Virus record (IMG/VR): IMGVR_UViG_3300012348_000091
Location: 1 to 54,362 of that record
DNA from: a virus
Taxonomy: Duplodnaviria > Caudoviricetes
Strand: one strand, 5' to 3'
Length of the DNA stretch: 54,362 bases
Shown: positions 35,206-44,654 of the stretch, piece by piece
Layout of the letters: the number at the start of each line of letters is the position of its first letter
Numbering within the stretch: position 1 is the stretch's first letter
Position numbers and translations under genes: made by a program
Notes under the pieces: model-generated
What the model saw: the letters and a program-made list of their open reading frames with translations, nothing else
The model's database searches: none
Told to the model about the DNA's origin: nothing

Positions 35206-35487
35206 ATGTTCAACGGACTTAGTGACGTCGGGAACGTGATGGTCATGGCGACCGAAGGGCGCGGGTTCACGCCTGAGGAGATCGCTGAGCGTGCCCTCGA
35301 CAAGATCATTTACGTTGGTAGCCACGCTCACCCGGCTATCCGCGATCAGGCCGAAGCCTTCAAGGACAGCATCCGTCAGGTGCTCGTCCATTACATGCAC
35401 GAGGCTGTGCGGTCACACAACGTGACTCTGGTAAACAAGTTCAAACAGGCGGGTCATCCGGAGTTGATCCCGATCCTCGACGCATAA
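35206..35487 (+). CDS. Hypothetical protein
   Basis: RGFTPEEIAE...IRDQAEAF. Confidence 0.65.
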   Translation: MFNGLSDVGNVMVMATEGRGFTPEEIAERALDKIIYVGSHAHPAIRDQAEAFKDSIRQVLVHYMHEAVRSHNVTLVNKFKQAGHPELIPILDA

Positions 35488-35497
35488 GGAGGCCGAA

Positions 35498-35977
35498 ATG
35501 GCAATTACGCAAGCAATGTGCACCAGCTTCAAGGCCGAGCTTATGCTCGCCGTGCACGATTTTCGCGCCACTGGTGGCGACACCTTTAAGCTCGCCCTCT
35601 ACACCTCGTCGGCTGACCTGAGCGCGAACACCACGGCGTATACCTCGTCGAATGAGGTCTCGTCGTCGGGCACCAACTACACCGCTGGTGGCGGCACGCT
35701 GGTCAACCTCGGGGTCGTTACGTCGAACAACAACACTTCGACCGGCACCGGCTTCACTGACTTCAGTGACCTGACCTTTGCCAACGCGACGATCACGGCT
35801 CGCGGTGCGTTGATCTACAACACCACCCCGTCGGCCAACTCGAACGCCAACACCACGCTGACCAATGCGGCTGTGTGCTCGCTGGACTTCGGGTCGGACA
35901 AGACCTCGACGGACGGTGACTTCACCATCATCTTCCCGACGGCAACGAACACCACCGCTATTATCCGGATCGCCTAA
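35498..35977 (+). CDS. Putative tail protein
   Basis: FKLALYT, YTAGG, ARGALIYN, LDFGSDK. Confidence 0.65.
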   Translation: MAITQAMCTSFKAELMLAVHDFRATGGDTFKLALYTSSADLSANTTAYTSSNEVSSSGTNYTAGGGTLVNLGVVTSNNNTSTGTGFTDFSDLTFANATITARGALIYNTTPSANSNANTTLTNAAVCSLDFGSDKTSTDGDFTIIFPTATNTTAIIRIA

Positions 35978-38900
35978 TGCCCCTTATCCTCGCTGATCGT
36001 GTCCGCGACACCACCACTACGACTGGTACTGGCACGGTCACGCTCAGCGGGACCGCACCGACGGGGTATCAGAACTTCTCGGTAATCGGGAACGGCAACA
36101 CCACCTACTACACGATCAATGCTGGCTCCCAGTGGGAAGTCGGCATTGGCACCTACTCGTCCACTGGACCGACCCTCGCCCGCAACACGGTGCTGGAGTC
36201 GAGCAACGCTAACGCTCTGGTGGACTTCGCTGCGGGTACCAAGGACGTCTTCGTCACTTACCCTTCGGACAAGTCGGTCAACTACGACGAGAGTAACAAC
36301 GTCGGGATCGGGACCACCAGCCCCAGTGCTATCCTCGAAACGTCAAGCAGCACCGACGCTAGCATTTTTGCTTCGACTTATGTCGGCAGCGGGGTCGGTG
36401 GTAGTTTCATTGGCCGCAAGGCTCGCGGCTCCCAAAGCTCGCCATCCGGCATATTGAGCGGGGACACGCTCACTTCAGTGCTTGGGCGTGGATACACGTC
36501 TGCGGGGGCTTTCAGCGGTAACGTAGGTGCTGTCGCTATCGTCGCGGCGGAAAACTTTAGCTCTACCGCCAACGGCACGAATATTACTTTTGCCACCACG
36601 GCGACGGGTGCGACATCGCGCACCGAACGTATGCGCATCGACAGCGCGGGTAGCCTCGGGATCGGGACGAGCAGCCCTGCGGAGCGGTTGACTGTAAACT
36701 CGGCCAGCAGTGAGTTTGCCATCCAATGGAGCGGCCCCGGCAACGATTGGGTTTTGGCCTCGGCGGCGAACCGTGCCTACATCCGCAACAAAACGGCTGG
36801 CGTGGAAGCCCTAACCATCCTCAACGCGGGCAACGTTGGGATCGGGACGAGCGCACCGGGCAGTACTCTTGATGTGGGTGGTACAATTCGCACTAGCGCG
36901 GGGGGCAGTGATCCCGGCACGGGTTCGGTTTTCTATTTCGTCGGCTCTGGCGCTTTTCAGACCGTCGTAGCTGGTGCGGCTTTTGCCGTTAACACCGGAG
37001 CCAACAACGCCCGTACCGAGCGTATGCGCATTTCCATCGACGGCTCCACAACGCTCAACGTCGGCGGCGTCTCCAGTACCCACCAGTTCCTCTACAACGA
37101 GAACGGCGCTGAAATCCAACTCTCGGACGCTACTGGCAACGGGCCGATCCTGATCGACAACTCGGGTGGCTTGGCTCGGTTCTACAAGGTCGGCAACGGC
37201 GGCATGGCTGTCGGCACCACGGGCACTGGCGCGTTTCAGTTCCTAACCAACAACACCGAACGTATGCGCATCGACAACGCAGGTTTGGTAGGTATCGGCA
37301 CCTCCGCACCCAGCGCGCGGCTGGACGTTCGCTCTGGCGCAGGGGCGGATAACATCATCGCCAACCGCGCGGGTAACGCGGCATACATGGTGTTGCAGGG
37401 GACTTCATTCCCCAACTTCAACCAAGTGCAGTCCTACGATGGGTCCGGCAACCTATACTGGGCTATTGGTGGAACCGGCACCGCAAATACCTTGGCCTTC
37501 TCTACCAATGGTAGCAACGAGCGGATGCGCATCGACGCCAGCGGCAATCTCAGCCTTGGCACCACCGTAGGGACTGCGAGGCTTCGCGTGTCTGCTGGGG
37601 GTCGAATTGACGCTCCCGTTCTGGGCAACGTCACAAATTACCCCGCCTTCTTCAGCAACAACGATCCTAGCTACGGCCTAGGTATTGGGACAAACGGGTC
37701 AACCGGCCATGTGTGGCTCCAAGCCCAACGTAGCGACAGCGCGGTGGCCTACAACATCACGCTCAACGAAGCAGGCGGCAACGTCGGGATCGGGACGAGC
37801 GCCCCCCAAGGGCTGCTACACGTTGTCGCGGGGGCGAATAACACCCTGCTGTTCCGTGGCCCTATCAACTACGCAACTGGCGGCTCGATCTACGCGGTGA
37901 ACTCCGCGAACAGCGCCATCACACCAATGGAGTTCGGTGCCTCCTCGTACTTCTTTGCCGGAGGCAACGTCGGGATCGGCACCAGCAGCCCCAGCGAGCG
38001 GTTGGACACGGGTACGGGTAACACCCGGACACAGGCGCTTGTGGTTAGCGGCGACCAGCACCTCATCTACAGTGCCTCCGCTACCGAGCTTGGCATCCGC
38101 ATCGGCACGGGCGGGCCGTTCTTTGGGATCGGTACTACCGGCTCCAGTAACATGCGCATCAACAGTGCGTCGGGCGGCGACATGCTCTTCGCCATCGGCG
38201 GCACCGAACGTATGCGGCTCAACAACAGCGGTCAGCTTCTCGTCGGCACGTCCTCCGGTGGCCGCACGGTCTGCATTAATGCTGCCGACAACTGGATACG
38301 CCAAGTTAACCCCAGCCGTTCGTGGTTGATCGGGTGTGGCACCGGTACTGCCTATACCATCTTCGATGAGACGGCAGGTACCGCACGATTTAGTATCGAC
38401 ACCGCAGGCGTGTGGAACGGACCCAACGCAATCGCTCTCGGTGCAGGTCAGAACCTCGACAACCGGCTTGAGATCGGTACGGGCCGCACGGGCAGCAACT
38501 TCGCCTACCTCGACCTGATCGGTGATACTACCTACACCGATTACGGCCTACGTCTGATCCGTGGGAATGGTGGTCCGAACGCCATCTCGCAGCTTATCCA
38601 CCGGGGCACCGGGGATATGTACATTACCACGCAAGACGCGGCTCCGTTGTACATCCAGACGAACAACGCCACGCGCGCGTTTTTCCAGTCCGACGGCACG
38701 ATGATAATGAACGGCAGCCTCCTCGTCGGACGGCAAACCAGCGGATCGAACGTCAACACCAACAACGACACCGGCTCGTTCTCCGTGCGCGGTGATGGCA
38801 GCAACGCTGCGTCCATGTCCTTCCACCGTATAGGTGTCTTCGCCATCAACATGGGCCTTGGCACTGATGCGGTCTTCCGTATCGGTGGGTGGTCGGCCAG

Positions 38901-39237
38901 CAGCAACTGCTTCCAGATGGACGCCAGCGGCAACCTCACCATGCTGGGCAACGTCACGGCCTACTCGGACGCGCGGATCAAGAAGGACGTCGAGACCATC
39001 GGCGGCGCACTTGACCTCGTCTCGAAGATGCGCGGCGTGCGTTTCACCCGGACGGACAACAACACGAAGGGCGTCGGCGTCATCGCGCAGGAGATGCTCG
39101 AAGTGCTGCCGGAAGTGGTTCAGCAGGGCGTCGGAGACGACGACACGCTCTCGGTTGCCTATGGCAACATCGTCGGTGTATTGATCGAAGCAGTTAAGGA
39201 ACTCACTGCCCGCGTGGCGGAACTGGAAGGAAAGTAA
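35977..39237 (+). CDS. Long tail fibre with C-terminal intramolecular chaperone (peptidase S74)
   Basis: Repeated ERMRID..G.VGIGT modules; YSDARIKKD cleavage motif, GVIAQE, terminal coiled coil. Confidence 0.9.
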   Translation: MPLILADRVRDTTTTTGTGTVTLSGTAPTGYQNFSVIGNGNTTYYTINAGSQWEVGIGTYSSTGPTLARNTVLESSNANALVDFAAGTKDVFVTYPSDKSVNYDESNNVGIGTTSPSAILETSSSTDASIFASTYVGSGVGGSFIGRKARGSQSSPSGILSGDTLTSVLGRGYTSAGAFSGNVGAVAIVAAENFSSTANGTNITFATTATGATSRTERMRIDSAGSLGIGTSSPAERLTVNSASSEFAIQWSGPGNDWVLASAANRAYIRNKTAGVEALTILNAGNVGIGTSAPGSTLDVGGTIRTSAGGSDPGTGSVFYFVGSGAFQTVVAGAAFAVNTGANNARTERMRISIDGSTTLNVGGVSSTHQFLYNENGAEIQLSDATGNGPILIDNSGGLARFYKVGNGGMAVGTTGTGAFQFLTNNTERMRIDNAGLVGIGTSAPSARLDVRSGAGADNIIANRAGNAAYMVLQGTSFPNFNQVQSYDGSGNLYWAIGGTGTANTLAFSTNGSNERMRIDASGNLSLGTTVGTARLRVSAGGRIDAPVLGNVTNYPAFFSNNDPSYGLGIGTNGSTGHVWLQAQRSDSAVAYNITLNEAGGNVGIGTSAPQGLLHVVAGANNTLLFRGPINYATGGSIYAVNSANSAITPMEFGASSYFFAGGNVGIGTSSPSERLDTGTGNTRTQALVVSGDQHLIYSASATELGIRIGTGGPFFGIGTTGSSNMRINSASGGDMLFAIGGTERMRLNNSGQLLVGTSSGGRTVCINAADNWIRQVNPSRSWLIGCGTGTAYTIFDETAGTARFSIDTAGVWNGPNAIALGAGQNLDNRLEIGTGRTGSNFAYLDLIGDTTYTDYGLRLIRGNGGPNAISQLIHRGTGDMYITTQDAAPLYIQTNNATRAFFQSDGTMIMNGSLLVGRQTSGSNVNTNNDTGSFSVRGDGSNAASMSFHRIGVFAINMGLGTDAVFRIGGWSASSNCFQMDASGNLTMLGNVTAYSDARIKKDVETIGGALDLVSKMRGVRFTRTDNNTKGVGVIAQEMLEVLPEVVQQGVGDDDTLSVAYGNIVGVLIEAVKELTARVAELEGK

Positions 39238-39238
39238 C

Positions 39239-39574
39239 ATGGCAGTCACCTACACTTGGTCCGTCGTGCAGATGGACGCATACCCCGAAGAAGACGGCGA
39301 GACCGATGTGGTCTTCAACGTCCACTGGACCCTCGCTGGCATCGACCAGACCTACCAAGGCTACGCCTACGGCACGCAGGGCGTAAGCATCGACCCCGAC
39401 GCGCCGTTCACTCCCTACGCCGATCTGACCGAAGCGCAGGTCATCGGGTGGGTGCAGGCTGCCATGGGACCGGAGCAGGTCGCCGCGCTTGAGGCCAACG
39501 TCGCCCAGCAGATCGAAAACCAGATTAACCCCCCTGTTGTTACCCCGCCCCTTCCGTGGGCACCAGCGCCTTAA
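39239..39574 (+). CDS. Tail-fibre associated protein
   Basis: DVVFNVHW, FTPYADLTEAQVIGWV, PPLPW. Confidence 0.65.
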   Translation: MAVTYTWSVVQMDAYPEEDGETDVVFNVHWTLAGIDQTYQGYAYGTQGVSIDPDAPFTPYADLTEAQVIGWVQAAMGPEQVAALEANVAQQIENQINPPVVTPPLPWAPAP

Positions 39575-39583
39575 GGAGTATTT

Positions 39584-39745
39584 ATGATTAAGCTCGAACT
39601 CGAAATCGAAGCCGTGAACGACATCCTGACTGTCCTCGGCCAACTTCCGACCGCCTCTGGCGCGTGGCCGCTGATGCAGCGCATCCGTGCGCAGGCTGAA
39701 GCTCAGGCGGAGCCGGAAAAACCCACTGAAGCAGAAGCTGCGTAA
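39584..39745 (+). CDS. Small tail-fibre associated protein
   Basis: Manual translation MIKLELEIEAVNDILTVLGQLP; AAGGAG RBS. Confidence 0.6.
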   Translation: MIKLELEIEAVNDILTVLGQLPTASGAWPLMQRIRAQAEAQAEPEKPTEAEAA

Positions 39746-39760
39746 TAAGAAGGGCCGACA

Positions 39761-40234
39761 ATGAGTTTTTGGGATCGTTTTGAAAGCCAGCGCGAGGGTG
39801 TCAACGACACCGTCGAGTTCGTGATCCGTGTGGCTATCGTCACGCTGTCCGCTGTGATCCTCGTGGTCGTGGCGGCGCTCGTTGTCGGCCTCTTCCTACC
39901 CAATCATATCGTCGATAGCGCGGCTATCCTCGACATGGTCAACCCTGCCTTTCAGACCATTATCGGTGCCTTTGTCGGCCTGCTGGGTGGTTTGAGCCTC
40001 AACGCCAATGCGCGCGATGCGCAACCGGAACCCGAAGCACCCGCACCGGAGCCGGAACCCGAAGCGCCCAAGACCTACGACGATCCGAACGGCACGGTCT
40101 TCATCGACACCCCCGAGGACGATGGCGACTTGGAGCCTTGGGAAAAGTACCGCAATGACCTGCGGTATGACGCGAACGGTGACGGCGTGGTCGATGAAAA
40201 CGACTTCCCCGACTGGCGCAATCCGGACCGGTAA
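39761..40234 (+). CDS. Two-TM membrane protein with an EF-hand-like loop
   Basis: Two hydrophobic helices, PE linker, DANGDGVVDEND. Confidence 0.65.
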   Translation: MSFWDRFESQREGVNDTVEFVIRVAIVTLSAVILVVVAALVVGLFLPNHIVDSAAILDMVNPAFQTIIGAFVGLLGGLSLNANARDAQPEPEAPAPEPEPEAPKTYDDPNGTVFIDTPEDDGDLEPWEKYRNDLRYDANGDGVVDENDFPDWRNPDR

Positions 40235-40402
40235 GTGGCTGGCGAACTCTCCACCGTCGAACTGATCGGTCAACTCTGGCCGGTCGTTCTGGCGTTCATC
40301 TCCCTGACGATTATCCTTGCCAAGATGGACGTGCGCCTCGGCGTGGCGGAGGAGAAGATCAAGACGCTCTTCGAGCTATGGAATAAGGAAAAGGACAAGT
40401 GA
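40235..40402 (+). CDS. Holin/hemolysin-like single-TM protein
   Basis: Manual translation MAGELSTVELIGQLWPVVLAFISLTIILAKMD...; its stop overlaps the endolysin start. Confidence 0.5.
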   Translation: MAGELSTVELIGQLWPVVLAFISLTIILAKMDVRLGVAEEKIKTLFELWNKEKDK

Positions 40403-41010
40403 GCCTCGTAAACCTCCAAAAGAAAATCGGGGTCACGGCTGACGGGGCTTTCGGTCCCGGCACGCTCAGAGCCGCCTGTGCCCACTACAAGCTGAACCGC
40501 AACCGTGGTGCCCACTTCTTCGCCCAGTGCGCTCACGAGAGCGGCAACTGGCGGGCCACCAGCGAGAACCTCAACTACAGCGCGCAGGGGCTGCGGGGCA
40601 TCTTCCGCAAGTACTTCCCGACCGATGCTCTGGCTGCGCAGTATGCTCGCAAGCCGCAGGCTATCGCCAACCGTGTCTACGCCAATCGTATGGGCAATGG
40701 CCCTGAGAGCAGTGGGGACGGTTGGAAGTTCCGCGGTCGCGGCTTCCTTCAACTCACCGGGCACGACAACTACAAAGCCCTGTCAGAATACATCAACCGC
40801 CCCGACATCATGGACAACCCTGATCTGGTGGCTGGGGAACTGGCGATTGAGAGCGCCCTATGGTTCTTCGACCGTAACAAGCTCTGGTCGATCTGCGATC
40901 AGGGCATCACAGACAGTGCGATCCTCGCGCTGACTAAGCGGATCAACGGGGGCACTCATGGCCTCGCTGACCGCAATGCAAAGACCAAGAAGTACGCGAC
41001 TTGGCTCTAA
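40399..41010 (+). CDS. GH19 endolysin with N-terminal peptidoglycan-binding segment
   Basis: LQKKIGVTADGAFGPGT, FFAQCAHESG, ENLNYS, FRGRGFLQLTG, TKRINGG. Confidence 0.9.
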   Translation: MSLVNLQKKIGVTADGAFGPGTLRAACAHYKLNRNRGAHFFAQCAHESGNWRATSENLNYSAQGLRGIFRKYFPTDALAAQYARKPQAIANRVYANRMGNGPESSGDGWKFRGRGFLQLTGHDNYKALSEYINRPDIMDNPDLVAGELAIESALWFFDRNKLWSICDQGITDSAILALTKRINGGTHGLADRNAKTKKYATWL

Positions 41011-41020
41011 GGAGAATACC

Positions 41021-41203
41021 ATGAACCTGAAGAAGATCATCGGCGGCATCGCCAAGGACAAGCTGGCCGAGCACGCCGCCCGCAAAATCGTCCCCTTGGA
41101 AGAGGCTGCGCCCGCGAAGGGCTGGAAGGCCAAAGCCGCCGCTATCCTCGCTGGTATCGCCGTTATCGCTGGTACGCTGTCGCAGTTCCTTGGCGGTTCG
41201 TAA
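41021..41203 (+). CDS. Small membrane protein in the lysis cassette
   Basis: AAGGAG RBS; amphipathic N-terminus and C-terminal TM helix. Confidence 0.55.
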   Translation: MNLKKIIGGIAKDKLAEHAARKIVPLEEAAPAKGWKAKAAAILAGIAVIAGTLSQFLGGS

Positions 41204-41241
41204 TCTGCTAGTATAACCCCTAACCGGAAGGAGGGTCACTG

Positions 41242-42210
41242 ATGTTCGGTTTCTCTCCTTTCGCTTCCTCCGCCTTTGCGGACATTAAAGAGACCAACCG
41301 GGTTCTAATCGAACTGACGGGTGTGTCTGCTGAAGCCATCGACGATGGTGTGGGCGTTGCTGCTGGCGGCAGCATCTCGGTCCCCGTCTTTGAAGACCCG
41401 GCGAACGGTGAGATCGGCACCGTCGCTATCGCCGCCAAGAATAATGTCGTCCTCACTGGTGTCGAAGCCTCTGGCCAGACCGGCACGCTCAACGCGACCG
41501 GCATCTCGAACACCACTGTTACTGGTGTAGAGGCTACAGGTGAGATCGGCACCGTAGCTCTTTCGCTGGGTGTCGGCGTATTCCCGACCGGCGTCTCCGC
41601 GACTGGCGAGATCGGCACGGCTGATGCGCGGTCGATTGTCAGCGTACTCCTCACGGGCGTACAGGCCGACGGCCTCACTGGCACTCCGGTCGTCACCGGC
41701 ATAGCCAACTTCTCTGTCACCGGGGTGGAAGCCACTGGCGAGGTCGGCACTGTCGCAGTTCAGGCGAACACTAACGCCGTCACCACAGGTGTAGAGGCCC
41801 AAGGTGCAGTCGGTACGGTGGCTGTCCCTGCAAATGCGCTGGTTGTGGTCACTGGCGTCAACGCCTCGATCCAGCTTGATAGCGTCATCGTTCGCATCCC
41901 GAAGGACGTGCCGGTCACAGGCGTAGAGGCCACTGGAGCGGTCACTGCGCCTACGGTCGTAGGCGGTTCCAAAGTTCTTCTGGTTGGTGTACAAGCGGTC
42001 GGAAGGGTCACCACGCCGCTCATCTGGAGTGTCATTAACGACAACCAGAACGCTGATTGGGGGCCGATTGATGATTCTCAGGCGGGTAGTTGGACCGCGA
42101 TTAACGATAGCCAAAGTCCGGGTTGGGTGAACGTCAACGATACCCAGACAGGCGATTGGGTTCAGGTGAACGACGGGAACACTGTCGTCTGGGTACAGAT
42201 ACCGACGTAA
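41242..42210 (+). CDS. Repetitive virion protein
   Basis: Repeated TGVEATGEIGTV units and C-terminal W..INDSQ repeats. Confidence 0.7.
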   Translation: MFGFSPFASSAFADIKETNRVLIELTGVSAEAIDDGVGVAAGGSISVPVFEDPANGEIGTVAIAAKNNVVLTGVEASGQTGTLNATGISNTTVTGVEATGEIGTVALSLGVGVFPTGVSATGEIGTADARSIVSVLLTGVQADGLTGTPVVTGIANFSVTGVEATGEVGTVAVQANTNAVTTGVEAQGAVGTVAVPANALVVVTGVNASIQLDSVIVRIPKDVPVTGVEATGAVTAPTVVGGSKVLLVGVQAVGRVTTPLIWSVINDNQNADWGPIDDSQAGSWTAINDSQSPGWVNVNDTQTGDWVQVNDGNTVVWVQIPT

Positions 42211-42219
42211 GGGACGGAC

Positions 42220-44079
42220 ATGGCAAGCACATACAGCAACATCAAAATCCAGTTGATGGCCACGGGTGAGAACAGCACCACGTGGGGTGACGTCACCAAC
42301 ATCAACTTGGGCACGGCGATTGAGGAAGCCATCGTCGGGTCGGCAGACGTCACCTTTGCCAGCGCGAACGTCACCCTCACCCTGTCGAACACCAACGCCT
42401 CACAGACGGCGCGTAATCTGCGCCTGCGCTGCACTGGCACGACCGGTGGCTCGACCCGCAATCTCGTGGTCCCCAGCATCGAGAAGCCGTACATCGTCGC
42501 CAACGACTGCGCGGATTCGATCCTCGTCAAGACCGCTGCGGGCACCGGGATTACGGTCCCTGCTGGTAAGACCATGTGGGTCTATAATAACGGCACTGAC
42601 GTGGTGGACGTCACCACCCACCTGTCGTCAGTCACGCTCGGCTCTGCTCTCCCAGTTGCGTCCGGTGGCACCGGCACGACGACCGCTCTTACCGCTGGCT
42701 CCGTTGTGTTCGCGGGCGCATCAGGCGTGTATTCGCAGGACAACGCCAATCTGTTCTGGGATAACACCAACGACCGTTTGGGGATCGGGACGACCAGCCC
42801 TGCGGTGCCTTTGGAGGTTGCGGGTAACATCCGCTCTGTTGGCCTGTTCCAGCGTTTTGACAACTCCGGTCTGTCTTTGTCGGGCGGGACTACCTTCAAC
42901 ACTGGCGGTGCCGGTATCGCGCTTCGCGGTGTTTCCTCCGGTTTCAACGCCCACGGCATGGAGTTCTACGCGGGCGGCTCCGAACGTATGCGCATCGACG
43001 CCAGCGGCAACATCGGGATCGGTACGAACGCACCGGGTGCGAATAGAGTTGCTATTACCGGCCCGTCTGGGGGAACGTCTCTGTTCCTCACTGACGCAGT
43101 GAACTCAACCTTGCAAATTAAACATGAGGCTGGCAGCCTCCTAACCTACGAAAGTCTTGGCTCCGCATCACAGCGTTTTGTTACCAACAGCGTCGAACGT
43201 ATGCGCATCAACGCCAGCGGCAACGTCGGGATCGGCACGGCTTCGCCCACCGCGCTCTTGGACGTAAACGGCGCGGCACGGGCTAATTCGCTAACCCTGA
43301 CGACAGACCTCGCGGTCGTCGATGGCGGCACGGGCGCTTCCGATGCTGCGGGCGCGCGCACCAATCTTGGCGCTTCCACTTTGGGCGGCAACATTTTCAC
43401 CATCACCAACCCCGGTGCGGTGACCTTCCCACGCTTCAACGCCGACAATACGGTGAGCGCGCTGAGCGCAGCGGACTTCCGAACGGCAATCGGCGTGGGC
43501 ACGGGCACCGTCACCTCAGTCTCAGGCACCGGCACGGTCAACGGTCTCACCCTGACAGGCACAGTCACTTCGTCGGGCAACCTCACTCTTGGTGGCACGC
43601 TGTCTGGCGTCAGCCTGACCACGCAGGTCACAGGTACGCTCCCCATCGCCAACGGCGGCACTAACGCTACTACAGCAGGGCAGGCACTGACCAACCTCGG
43701 CGCGTACCCGGCCTCGAACCCCAACGGCTACACCAGCAACGTAGGTACGGTCACTTCGGTCAGCGGCACCGGCACGGCTTCCGGCCTGACCTTGTCCGGC
43801 ACAGTGACCTCCTCGGGCAACCTGACGCTGAGCGGTACGGTTAACAGCCTCGCCGCAGGCACGTATGCGATCAGCATTTCCGGCAACGCTGCCACGGCTA
43901 CCTCGGCTACCTCCGCGACGAACGCCACAAACGCAGCCAATCTCGTGGCGGCAAACTTCTCGGTTGTGCAGTCGGGCACCAACCTGCTCTTCCAGTATAA
44001 CGGCACCACCATCGCCGTGCTGGACAGCACCGGTAACTTCACTGCTAAGAACAACGTCACTGCCTACGGGAGCATCTGA
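42220..44079 (+). CDS. Second tail fibre
   Basis: GENSTTWG N-terminal anchor, ERMRI/GIGT modules, GGTGA...ARTNLG repeats. Confidence 0.8.
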   Translation: MASTYSNIKIQLMATGENSTTWGDVTNINLGTAIEEAIVGSADVTFASANVTLTLSNTNASQTARNLRLRCTGTTGGSTRNLVVPSIEKPYIVANDCADSILVKTAAGTGITVPAGKTMWVYNNGTDVVDVTTHLSSVTLGSALPVASGGTGTTTALTAGSVVFAGASGVYSQDNANLFWDNTNDRLGIGTTSPAVPLEVAGNIRSVGLFQRFDNSGLSLSGGTTFNTGGAGIALRGVSSGFNAHGMEFYAGGSERMRIDASGNIGIGTNAPGANRVAITGPSGGTSLFLTDAVNSTLQIKHEAGSLLTYESLGSASQRFVTNSVERMRINASGNVGIGTASPTALLDVNGAARANSLTLTTDLAVVDGGTGASDAAGARTNLGASTLGGNIFTITNPGAVTFPRFNADNTVSALSAADFRTAIGVGTGTVTSVSGTGTVNGLTLTGTVTSSGNLTLGGTLSGVSLTTQVTGTLPIANGGTNATTAGQALTNLGAYPASNPNGYTSNVGTVTSVSGTGTASGLTLSGTVTSSGNLTLSGTVNSLAAGTYAISISGNAATATSATSATNATNAANLVAANFSVVQSGTNLLFQYNGTTIAVLDSTGNFTAKNNVTAYGSI

Positions 44080-44651
44080 TGCCTCTTCCTTCCAGCGGAC
44101 CCCTTTCGCTCAACGACATCCAGACCGAGTTTGGCGGTACCAACCCCATCTCGCTGAGCGAGTATTACGCTGGCGGGGCGAACGTCCCTGCGGGTACGAC
44201 TGGTACTTTCGGAGCCGTGCCTTCGATAGGCAACCCGATCAGCATCCGCAACTTCTACGGCACCAGCAAAATCGTGTACCGCCTTGACAGCGGCACCTAT
44301 TCTGATTTTGCGCTCGCTCCGCTGGACGCGCGGACTACCCTTACTGTCGGTTCGGACGGCGTTCTGGATGTTGGTACGTTTAATTCGGGGGTGTTGGACA
44401 GTTACAACTGGCTTACCCCCACCGCGACCGCCTCGACACATTTTGTGCGGCTAACCCCGAGCAGTGGTACTTTTAGCGGCACTACGACCGGTGTCTGGGT
44501 GGCCCTCACCACTAATGCGGCTTGGTTTGTTAGCCAGACGGGGGTCGGGTTTAGTTCCGCCTCGGGCACGCTGGCGATTTCCACAAACTCGGGTGGCACC
44601 AACATCGTCGCAACCGCGAGCATTACCCTTCAGGCGCTGGTGGACACCTAA
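44079..44651 (+). CDS. Tail-fibre tip / adhesin-like protein
   Basis: LPSSGPLSLNDIQTEFGG...ISLSEYY...ISIRNFYG resembles gp38-type adhesin N-termini. Confidence 0.55.
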   Translation: MPLPSSGPLSLNDIQTEFGGTNPISLSEYYAGGANVPAGTTGTFGAVPSIGNPISIRNFYGTSKIVYRLDSGTYSDFALAPLDARTTLTVGSDGVLDVGTFNSGVLDSYNWLTPTATASTHFVRLTPSSGTFSGTTTGVWVALTTNAAWFVSQTGVGFSSASGTLAISTNSGGTNIVATASITLQALVDT

Positions 44652-44654
44652 CCT

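Noticed and set aside
35977-44651. Diversity-generating retroelement or invertible shufflon at the tail fibres
   Set aside because: No reverse transcriptase or invertase in the window, no adenine-specific repeat pair, and the repeats are direct and in frame.
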